A DNA stretch of 38,079 bases, from NCBI GenBank assembly GCA_949070545.1, contig CARTQV010000001.1, forward strand, positions 1 through 38,079, read 5' to 3'. The stretch is from an uncultured Candidatus Saccharibacteria bacterium. GTDB taxonomy: Bacteria > Patescibacteriota > Saccharimonadia > Saccharimonadales > Saccharimonadaceae. How positions within the stretch are numbered: position 1 is the stretch's first letter; each line of letters begins with the position of its first letter. The notes beneath the pieces are model-generated. The model made no database searches. It saw nothing but the letters and a program-made list of their open reading frames with translations, and had not been told where the DNA came from. The position numbers and the translations under genes were made by a program. Shown piece after piece: positions 28,401-35,543 of this stretch.

Positions 28401-30803
28401 TGTTGCTTTCTGGGCTGCAACCTGCTCTTTAACATATTTTTTGAGGTCAATCTCTGGGTTAGTAGTTTCGTCGATCCATTTTTCTCCCGTAACTGGGTCG
28501 GTGTAGGTGCCGTCTTTGGTACGGGGAGCGTTATCAAGCATAGAGTCGTAGTTGGTTTTGGTATTGACATTAAGTCTATTCTGTGATATATTGGAATCAC
28601 TAGCATCAGCTGCGTCACGATTGAGCTTAAACTCGGCAGCTGGTGCTATTTTTTGCTGTTTGCTTTTGTTATATGCCGTAATGACATACGGATTTGTCTC
28701 TTTTCCGTTAAAATCTGTACCGAGCACGGCTTTACGCGAGCTATCATCCGATTGATACACGGCACGCTGATCATTACCATCTACAACTCCTTTACCGTTT
28801 TTTAAGGTATCTAGCATATCATAGGCGTTTTGAATAGTGCGGCCATTATCGTTTATAATATGTGCCAGCCCATAGCCTCCACCATCTTTACCAGTCCTCT
28901 TATTAACATAGTAATCTTGTCTGCCGTAAGGCAAGTCAATGTTACCATTTTCGGAGGTAGGAATTGCACTTGTAGCATTACCTTTTTGCCGTTTAGCGAG
29001 ATAGTTGATCGCAGCAACTGGATCTTCCCCATTATTAAACATCTTATATTCCTTACCGAAATCGCCAGTTTTAGAAACTAAATCAGTATAGGCATTCAAT
29101 AATTTATTATCACCTCCTTTTTGCGCAGTTTTTAATCCATCGTTAACTTTGTATCCAAGCTGGATTAGAGTTTGTAGTGCTGATGGATCGTTTTCTGTAC
29201 CGGGCTTAAACAAGTCGCGATTGCCGCCTTTTCCCTGCCTTACGGCACCGGTAAGGTCAACGGCAAGATCGCCCACGATGTTGTTGGCGAGTTCTGTACC
29301 AAAACCGTCGGTGAAGTTCTTGTCGCCACCTAGTGCTGATATGCCTTGACTGGCAGCAGTGGTCGCAAGGGCGAATGGTACTTCTTTTGCAGCGTACTTC
29401 CCCATTGCTTTGCCGACTTCTCCGAAGTTTTTATTTGCGAGTAGACCTTGCAAAGTTTGTCCGTCCTTGAAATTGATGTTTGGGCCGAAGCCTTTCATAC
29501 CGGCAACCGTCAAACCAGCATTTAACGCCGAGTTACCAAGTCCGGCCAGCTTGCTTCCGGTTGATTGGTTCTCTCGGACAAGATTCCCGTTCACATCAGT
29601 ATAGTAGTTGCGATTACGGTCAGTAATAGCGGACGCGGCTGAATCAGCAAGCCCTAGCCCAGCGTTTACCAACCCATAGGCTCCGCCAGTTACCATATTC
29701 CCAGCGATATTACCGACCGTACTACCGGCAAAGTTTGCCACATCGAACACTTTATTGTTGCCGTAGTTCTGGTTAGCATTGTTTTGTGAAATAGCCCGAG
29801 CGGCTTCTGCACCACCTTTATTACCCATAATTTCCGACAAAGTTCCTAGTGCGTCAGTAGCCGGTTCGGCCATATTGCCAACGATACCACCACTTGTGAT
29901 CCAGTCTCCAAAAGACTTACCGAGTGATTTTTTACCCCTATCTTCGTTTGCAATCATATCGTCATAGACCGCTACTTCGGAGAGCAGTGTGCCGTAGGCA
30001 TTCTTCAATTCTTCTTGACCCTCATCGTCAGCCTTACCAATGGCCTGCGAGAGTGTCGTCTTGGCTTTTTGGAGGTTCTGCCAAACATCCCACTTATCGT
30101 CATTTGAGAGACTACGATATTTATTCACAAACTCCTTGCCACTAGCTGGCAAACTACCTTGTTCGGTTGTCATCTTTTTAAGACCACTACCTAGCTGATT
30201 TGCCGAGCGACTCTGAATTGACTCACCAAATAGATTTTTATACTGATCTTTGGTAGTTTCTAGTGCCGACTGATACTTACCCCAGAACTCATTATTGTTA
30301 TCTCGAAGCGAGTCATAGCGAGCTTTGGCTTGATTTGCTCGGTCGAGAGAAAGTTCGGCGTTATTATCTTGCTGATTCGAGGTAGTTTTGTTTGTTAAAT
30401 TAGGGGTCGATGTCGACAGGTTAAGTGTTGGACTTAATGTCGTCTTGCCTAGCGTAGTCAAAGTTTGATTACCGCTATTATTTAGTGTATTGAGTTTGAG
30501 CGGATTGTTACTGCGTAGGTTCAGCTGTGAAGTAGAGTTATTCCGGCTAGCTAACGGCTGCGATAACGAAAGACTGTTGACCTTGAAGGGGGCTTTTGGG
30601 GCAATACTCGGTTGTTGGCTTTGAGTTCTATGCGTAGTTTGAGCATTTACCATCTTCGGCTGGTTCTGCGTCGTCATATTCCTTACGCCGCCAATAAACC
30701 CACCGTTAGCTCGGCCAAGCGAATTACCAACAGACCTTGCTTGGTTTTGTAAATCAAGCTTCTTTTTGAGTGGATCATCCAACCAGTTCAAAAGAGTTGC
30801 CAT
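25407..30803 (-). CDS. Large internal virion/ejection polyvalent protein (PBECR-like and LPD38-like domains)
   Basis: 1798 aa; GNIDLPYG...GYGLAHI...VITAY; KIPLP...KPFLEIAMNKNTYTGQEIV...IDNFIQNWGG. Confidence 0.65.
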   Translation of the reverse strand: MATLLNWLDDPLKKKLDLQNQARSVGNSLGRANGGFIGGVRNMTTQNQPKMVNAQTTHRTQSQQPSIAPKAPFKVNSLSLSQPLASRNNSTSQLNLRSNNPLKLNTLNNSGNQTLTTLGKTTLSPTLNLSTSTPNLTNKTTSNQQDNNAELSLDRANQAKARYDSLRDNNNEFWGKYQSALETTKDQYKNLFGESIQSRSANQLGSGLKKMTTEQGSLPASGKEFVNKYRSLSNDDKWDVWQNLQKAKTTLSQAIGKADDEGQEELKNAYGTLLSEVAVYDDMIANEDRGKKSLGKSFGDWITSGGIVGNMAEPATDALGTLSEIMGNKGGAEAARAISQNNANQNYGNNKVFDVANFAGSTVGNIAGNMVTGGAYGLVNAGLGLADSAASAITDRNRNYYTDVNGNLVRENQSTGSKLAGLGNSALNAGLTVAGMKGFGPNINFKDGQTLQGLLANKNFGEVGKAMGKYAAKEVPFALATTAASQGISALGGDKNFTDGFGTELANNIVGDLAVDLTGAVRQGKGGNRDLFKPGTENDPSALQTLIQLGYKVNDGLKTAQKGGDNKLLNAYTDLVSKTGDFGKEYKMFNNGEDPVAAINYLAKRQKGNATSAIPTSENGNIDLPYGRQDYYVNKRTGKDGGGYGLAHIINDNGRTIQNAYDMLDTLKNGKGVVDGNDQRAVYQSDDSSRKAVLGTDFNGKETNPYVITAYNKSKQQKIAPAAEFKLNRDAADASDSNISQNRLNVNTKTNYDSMLDNAPRTKDGTYTDPVTGEKWIDETTNPEIDLKKYVKEQVAAQKATNRTPIKQKVQDKIDNLKHYLVDDAVAYERYVKDKGDRLNLREGVDRVRTSDTIAKQMIEDSRLSEVIGKMSTNDANEFQQYLIAKRSQELKRTKGNDFRTGRNDIADQALIRSVSDKYAAQEKVVREFNQKMLDYAVDSGLISGELRDQLIRDNTDYVPMNRILDDIADMGMHKSKQIGNLGKQTAVQKIEGSDRIVQNPLESMIRNAIRTVNEGERNKVARTLSETAAFREARLPEGAKPQAGNDKLSFIVGGEKVDYEVPALVAKEMKGLNGVMPDFAQNIIKVLGAPTKVLRTGATGANPMFAISNLVRDQLQTTITGSLKANIKGTPKALKATFGIGKEGKAMQAELARQGIIGSEYRQTYGYKSGELVKELQQAHQLPRRAWERLKHPIDTLADVIGKTEYFTRAQQYYGTDGTTAEKSQAARNNTLNFGRAGATVRVLNKVIPFLDAGVQGGRITVNQFKERPVRTTMAVAAFAGVAAAVRGINSTQNQELWDRIGDEEKQSNLIIFGDNAHYDPGTNRVVGVTKIPLPQMVYPITDAVNNLKGKPEDLMMLGGDIFTAITGIDAENPVNQLTPTAGKPFLEIAMNKNTYTGQEIVSDYDSNLDPEDKGKKYTTGVARSVAKATGIDAPIIDNFIQNWGGGLFKDLTKVMTDNPDNKSDGGGVGEIFSQGAFRRFMSASVESQYDIQAALAEDYKKKLKADPAFQALDANEQKKALDHIDTDTKAIAGFAAKTEQGRTNEITSELSKRQKALMQDGFDVNNYNKPSKNGNGHGVEISESLGNEYKQVLDKYNSMEKEDWERYIYTTEGREAEYKLAEAKFENDKANGNLTEVQELKRKKELRKLKVSQNWNKDVRDAYSLAGSRADMQNLLGELDNRADMVGYLNALNRAMYDAGVISASTYKSRNRNINNLESSKRGKGKRSRKSAYSAASKTALSAYAKALASGNEIKVNSVTRAPSTSRRMNAVALATNIKKANLGARARVSVKKGIK

Positions 30804-30806
30804 TTC

Positions 30807-31952
30807 CTAACTCCTCTTGTATGGGTTGCTATCTTTCCGATCCTTAATTCCAAGTAGCATTGCTAGTGTCGGAGCGATATTAGCACTCATCCCGGCTTGC
30901 GGAGCATCACTGACTTCGGTCGTAATACTGGAATTGCCAGTATTGTAGCTAGACAGAGTTGGGGCATTATAATTTGCTCTCATACCATCGTAGCGTGGAG
31001 CGACAAAGCGGTTCAGTTCACTTAACCTATTTTGGTTAGCTTTCATCTGCCCGGTAATCTCGTTGATCTTATTGCCAGCTCCCGCCCCAGCACTGCCTCG
31101 TTGGGCATATGCGTCAGCTAGCACACTTAAGATACTATTGCGTTGATTGAGAACTTTTTGCTCGTTCTCTCGTAGCTGTCCGGCCTTCCAGTCTTCAAGT
31201 TTCTTCTTATCGTTTTCGTGATCAATCTGATAATTACCCCAATTCGTATCAAGTTTCTGCTGATTTTCTCCAAAAGTTTGATTCGCGCCAGTTCGCTCTT
31301 GGTTAGCCTGTGCCGTAACGAGTTCAGGGGCATTGTACATCGCTGCGGAGCTTCCACCAGCACCCATTGCACCTAGTGTCCGCAAAAGTCCACGCAAACC
31401 CTGCGATGCCCGATCTGCGATGGTATTCTTGTTCGTCTGTAATTGCTGTTGATTCCTAGTCGTGCTGGCTTCATAGTCGGCTTTGGAACGGTTATAAGCA
31501 CTTTGTAATTCGTTGCGTTTTACATTGTAATCGCTGTCTGTGCTCTTGTTTAATTCCCCAAGCAAACCATTTAGTCCGTTTAGTTCATTCTCCCTTTGGC
31601 CAATTACGCCATTCCAGTAATTGATGGCATTGCGATCATAGCCGGAAGACGAAGAAGAAGATGAAGTGGCTGAATTATTGGCAGCATAGTCGGGAGCAGC
31701 TTGTTGCTGCTTATGGCCGTCCAGCCAAGTTTGATAATACTGATTGGCCCAAGCAGCCCCACTCACAGGACCTTTTGTCCCAGTAACGGATGGTAGCATG
31801 TCTAATTGCCATTGAGAGCTTGCCTTACCATCATTACCTACGATATTAAGGAGTCCGCCAGCCATTTTGTCTCCACTGGCAGATTTAGCTGCTAACCATC
31901 CGCGATAATCATCGTTGCCGATATATTCCTGTCCATAAGCGTTTTTCGCCAT
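30807..31952 (-). CDS. Gln/Asn-rich coiled-coil internal virion (ejection) protein
   Basis: 381 aa, LGAMGAGGSSA segment, position before the giant protein; GGAGGA RBS. Confidence 0.55.
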   Translation of the reverse strand: MAKNAYGQEYIGNDDYRGWLAAKSASGDKMAGGLLNIVGNDGKASSQWQLDMLPSVTGTKGPVSGAAWANQYYQTWLDGHKQQQAAPDYAANNSATSSSSSSSGYDRNAINYWNGVIGQRENELNGLNGLLGELNKSTDSDYNVKRNELQSAYNRSKADYEASTTRNQQQLQTNKNTIADRASQGLRGLLRTLGAMGAGGSSAAMYNAPELVTAQANQERTGANQTFGENQQKLDTNWGNYQIDHENDKKKLEDWKAGQLRENEQKVLNQRNSILSVLADAYAQRGSAGAGAGNKINEITGQMKANQNRLSELNRFVAPRYDGMRANYNAPTLSSYNTGNSSITTEVSDAPQAGMSANIAPTLAMLLGIKDRKDSNPYKRS

Positions 31953-32099
31953 AAAAGAAATCCTCCAAGAGTTAATTTAGATTTACTCTTGGCGAATCTT
32001 CTACTTTTTCCGTATTCCCAAGCTCGACTATCTAAAAAGCACGGTGCGTGCGGCTTTTCCGATTGCAATCGCCTCCGTACTTTTTGGGTAGACTTTGCT

Positions 32100-32156
32100 T
32101 AAAAGCTAGTACTTATCATTATAAATGAGTTTACAAATTCGTGCAACTAGCTTTTA
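32100..32156 (-). promoter_or_regulatory. Sigma70 promoter bracketed by 11-bp inverted repeats
   Basis: TTGCAC-N17-TATAAT (32146-32118); TAAAAGCTAGT...ACTAGCTTTTA. Confidence 0.65.
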
Positions 32157-32759
32157 TTTTGGTCCATAGAAATGTTCTACGAAGTAGGTAGGGTTATCGT
32201 AGCTATTCGGCGTTAAGTCCCCACAGATCCCAAAGCCCGTCATGGTGTATTTACTGCTCAACATCTCTTCCCTGTGAGCAACACTATCATTCCATGCATC
32301 AAAGACTGCCTTTGCTGAATCATCCGGAACAGATTGCATCAATAGGTTTTCATTGTAATACCCTGCAAGTCGCAATGTATCTTCAATGGCAATTTTTGTA
32401 CCCCGTCTGCCATCCGGATCTACGTGGTCATAATACCCTCTTGCGACCATATCGTCGCACTTAATTTGGGCACTTTTCTCTAATTCTGGACTATATCGCA
32501 GAGCTGGGACTCCGACTTCTGCCCGTCTTCGGTTCACTTCAGCAAGTAGCTCCTCTTTGGTGGCCACTGATATTACTTCGGGTTCCTTCTTTGGTTGCTC
32601 GGGTTCCTTTGGTGGTTCGGTCGCGGTTTCGGATTCGTTTCTCCACAAAAGATGCTGACTTAATAGAAGCGCACCGATAGCCATTATCACTATGATTGCC
32701 ATAATCGAAAGACTGATCCAAATGCTCTTCCAGCTACTTTCTTCTTCTTTCTTGTTCAT
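32154..32759 (-). CDS. Membrane-anchored CAP/SCP-domain protein (moron)
   Basis: TM, VNRRRAEVGVPAL, YYDH, NENL, WNDSVAHREEML, GFG. Confidence 0.85.
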   Translation of the reverse strand: MNKKEEESSWKSIWISLSIMAIIVIMAIGALLLSQHLLWRNESETATEPPKEPEQPKKEPEVISVATKEELLAEVNRRRAEVGVPALRYSPELEKSAQIKCDDMVARGYYDHVDPDGRRGTKIAIEDTLRLAGYYNENLLMQSVPDDSAKAVFDAWNDSVAHREEMLSSKYTMTGFGICGDLTPNSYDNPTYFVEHFYGPK

Positions 32760-32766
32760 TATCTAT

Positions 32767-32776
32767 ATGATATCAT
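32767..32776. promoter_or_regulatory. 10-bp palindrome acting as extended -10 for two divergent leaderless genes
   Basis: ATGATATCAT; TGaTATCAT lies 6 and 7 nt from the two ATGs. Confidence 0.55.
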
Positions 32777-32782
32777 GAAAGT

Positions 32783-33157
32783 ATGAGTGAGCTCCAAGTT
32801 ATAATCTTGCCTTTCATGTTGTCGCTTGGGATGGCCTGGCCGATATGGGCGATTTATAAACACTTCCGGCTGCAAAAGGTGCCTGAAATCGAGGAAGGCG
32901 AAAATATTACTATGATTACAGTAATTATCATGTGCTGTTATATGGTCAACTTATTGTGGTTTGTTCCTCACGTAGTGATTACTGACGCCGTTACGAGTAT
33001 GTCTGATGCCGAGTATCAAAATTGCACACAGAGCACTTATCAAGATGGTAAGGCGTTTACCGAAGAGCAGTGTTTCTTCTTCCGGGATGTATTGCATGGC
33101 GAGTATAGTAGTGGTGGAAGTCATTTTGATATTCAGTCTTTCATAAAATCAGAGTAA
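32783..33157 (+). CDS. Small two-TM membrane protein (moron)
   Basis: Two hydrophobic segments, Cys pair in the C-terminal domain; opposite strand to virion genes. Confidence 0.65.
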   Translation: MSELQVIILPFMLSLGMAWPIWAIYKHFRLQKVPEIEEGENITMITVIIMCCYMVNLLWFVPHVVITDAVTSMSDAEYQNCTQSTYQDGKAFTEEQCFFFRDVLHGEYSSGGSHFDIQSFIKSE

Positions 33158-33194
33158 GATGCCCATAGTTAGATCAATAGACTTAATGAATGCC

Positions 33195-33220
33195 AAAAGA
33201 GCCCCTTTATAGGGGCTCTT
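33195..33220. terminator. Terminator after the capsid gene, likely bidirectional
   Basis: AAGAGCCCC-TTTATA-GGGGCTCTT. Confidence 0.8.
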
Positions 33221-33250
33221 GTTGTGAGGCAGTAAGTTTAACTACTCATT

Positions 33251-33285
33251 AGGCTCGTCATTTGCGACAGGCTCGTCATTTGCGA
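33251..33285. repeat. Tandem repeat, 2 x 17 bp with 18-bp period
   Basis: AGGCTCGTCATTTGCGA at 33251 and 33269. Confidence 0.9.
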
Positions 33286-33320
33286 TGATAGCTTGTTCGG
33301 AGGCTTTGCTTGGTTCGGTG

Positions 33321-34241
33321 CTAGTTTTTAACGATCGCGACCGCCTTCTTGGTGCCGTTTGCATCGACTACCCAAGTACCCGGACGGAATAGACCACGCA
33401 AGAGTGCACCATCCACGCCAGCCGCAACAGCTTCTTTGCCGGTGAGAACATAGGTCTTGTAGAGCTTGCGGACATCCTTCATAACACGCTTATCCCACAA
33501 GACGGCCTTGATGTCTTTCGCTGCGGTGAAGCTAGCCTTGCCATATGGGGCCTTGCCAGAGAGCGTCATCGTATTGAATAGGTCGTCAGGCAAAATGACA
33601 ACTTCGACACCTTTATATTTGCCGATGATCCCGTCCTCGATGATGCTGTCATTCTTGCTCGGAGCGTAAATCGTAAACAACGATTTATCAAGCTCCGGCT
33701 CATTAGATGCTGGAATGAACATAGCCTGCGTCTTTGCGTAGCTACGGACATTTTTAAGCGTAGCAATCATCGAGTTAATATCGTCCATTAGCGAAGCGGT
33801 TGCAGCCACAACATTTGCCCCGCCATAGGTAGTTGCTGCTTTGATTGCCGTAGCAATACGGATCTTATCAACCAATGGAGCGTATTGCTCTCGAATGCCG
33901 GTGTCAAGAATTTCTGCGGCATCAGCTAATGCACCAGCTGTGTCGTTAATGTCGACATTCGGAATGACTTGGTTAATGTCATAGAACATCTCCAAATCTT
34001 TACGAACGACGCTACTCTTGACTGCACTTGGAGTGCCAAAGGTTGGTCCAGTGTGTTGGCCAAGAAAGTCGCTAGTATCAACCGTGCGGAAGTAAGCACT
34101 TGCTACCCCACCATCATCCTTAAATTCAGTTGCTTTGGAAACATAACGCTCGGTTAGAGAGCTTTCGCTAAAAACCTGATCGAGCTGTTTCGCATATTTG
34201 GTTGCGTAGTCTGTATTACGCGTATCTGTCGTGTCTGCCAT
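33321..34241 (-). CDS. Major capsid protein
   Basis: 306 aa after the scaffold gene; YATKYAKQLDQ N-terminus, DGIIGKYKGVEVV; AAGGAG RBS. Confidence 0.75.
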   Translation of the reverse strand: MADTTDTRNTDYATKYAKQLDQVFSESSLTERYVSKATEFKDDGGVASAYFRTVDTSDFLGQHTGPTFGTPSAVKSSVVRKDLEMFYDINQVIPNVDINDTAGALADAAEILDTGIREQYAPLVDKIRIATAIKAATTYGGANVVAATASLMDDINSMIATLKNVRSYAKTQAMFIPASNEPELDKSLFTIYAPSKNDSIIEDGIIGKYKGVEVVILPDDLFNTMTLSGKAPYGKASFTAAKDIKAVLWDKRVMKDVRKLYKTYVLTGKEAVAAGVDGALLRGLFRPGTWVVDANGTKKAVAIVKN

Positions 34242-34284
34242 AAATTTTCTCCTTATAGCTTAATTTGGTATTGTGCCATACCGA

Positions 34285-35139
34285 TTAGCGATTATCGCGG
34301 GCTCGCTTCAACCCCTTGCCAAATGGATCGTCATCACCATCTGCTCCGGACGGGCTAGTAGCTCCACCGATTACATCCGCACTTGCCATCATTTTCTGTG
34401 CAGCTTTTCTTCCAGCGACTTCGCCACGAGTCTTTGCGGACTTTGCGGCGTTTGCAATCGTTGAATAAAGCTCATACGGCGAAACTTGGCTACCAATAAT
34501 CCTACCCGTGTTCTGGTCGCGGATAATTGAAGCATCGAGCAAGCGATCGGCTTGGTTGGCAAGGGCTTCGTCATATTCGTCCGAGTTCGGATCAAACATC
34601 GGAAAATCCCGTAAGACCTGTTCGGCTTCGTTGATCAAAGCCATATTGGTCTCAACTAACCGAGTATTGTATTCGTCCATCTGTCGGGCTTGATGATCTA
34701 GCTCGTATTTTGCCTGCAAAAGCAACAGCTGTGCTTCGGTTCGATTAAAGTAATCTCCGGTTTCTGGATTAATCTCTTCCAGTAACTGTTCTACGGTTGG
34801 AAGATCGTCCTCACTTTTTAGCTGATACTTTTGCCGATTCAGTTCCTCAATCTCGCGTTTAATGGCATTGCGTTCGGCGACTTTATCGCGTATTTCGGTA
34901 TTAAGTTGCTGTTTACGCATTTCTGCGTCTTTTGCTGGTCGATTCTCCGGTTCAGAGCTATTCTCTTCGTTTAGATTCTCGCTATTTGCCTCTTCAAGCT
35001 CTTCGCTAAAATCTAACTTGGTGCTCGTCTCGGTATCGGTCGATAGGTTGTTGGTGCCAGCGGTTGATGATTCCGTCGGAGCAGAGCCTATCTCTGCTGA
35101 ATTATCTTTTACATCGTTGATTTCGGCGTTATCTGCCAT
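34285..35139 (-). CDS. Capsid scaffolding protein
   Basis: Acidic N-terminus, coiled coil, DDDPF C-terminus; between portal and capsid. Confidence 0.7.
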   Translation of the reverse strand: MADNAEINDVKDNSAEIGSAPTESSTAGTNNLSTDTETSTKLDFSEELEEANSENLNEENSSEPENRPAKDAEMRKQQLNTEIRDKVAERNAIKREIEELNRQKYQLKSEDDLPTVEQLLEEINPETGDYFNRTEAQLLLLQAKYELDHQARQMDEYNTRLVETNMALINEAEQVLRDFPMFDPNSDEYDEALANQADRLLDASIIRDQNTGRIIGSQVSPYELYSTIANAAKSAKTRGEVAGRKAAQKMMASADVIGGATSPSGADGDDDPFGKGLKRARDNR

Positions 35140-35188
35140 ATTATCTCCTTATTTTTACGCCTCTATTACGGGTGGCGATTCCGCAGGT

Positions 35189-35249
35189 CGAGATTAACCC
35201 TTGCCTATCACTTTGGGTGGGCAAAAGTGATAGGCAGCGACCAATCTCG
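35189..35249. other. Long hairpin upstream of the scaffold gene
   Basis: 13-bp TGCCTATCACTTT/AAAGTGATAGGCA within outer CGAGATT/AATCTCG. Confidence 0.7.
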
Positions 35250-35543
35250 TTATTTATCAAACATCTTACCTAGCCTTTCTATGGCACCAATCTCCGAGCG
35301 TAGAATTGCTACGACACGCTGATTGGCTCTAACCTCATGCATGAACTGCTCTGGATTGTTCGTGCATTTGATTGAGTCAACACTTGAATAATAGTTGACT
35401 TGTCTATGCAGCCGTTCGAGCAACTTGGACAAAATCGGTTTTTCTCGATCATATTCCACCTTTGCTTTGAGTTTACGCTCCTCTTGAGCCTGTGGCGGTG
35501 TTATTAACTTCTCGCTGCTTCTCGGATATAGATTATCTTCCAT
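35250..35543 (-). CDS. Small helical phage protein between portal and scaffold
   Basis: 97 aa, GGAGG RBS, overlaps the portal end. Confidence 0.7.
   Translation of the reverse strand: MEDNLYPRSSEKLITPPQAQEERKLKAKVEYDREKPILSKLLERLHRQVNYYSSVDSIKCTNNPEQFMHEVRANQRVVAILRSEIGAIERLGKMFDK

Noticed and set aside
25407..30803. Tape-measure protein (siphovirus)
   Set aside because: No tail tube or chaperone genes; LPD38-like and PBECR-like motifs and the adaptor/nozzle context fit a podovirus ejection protein.
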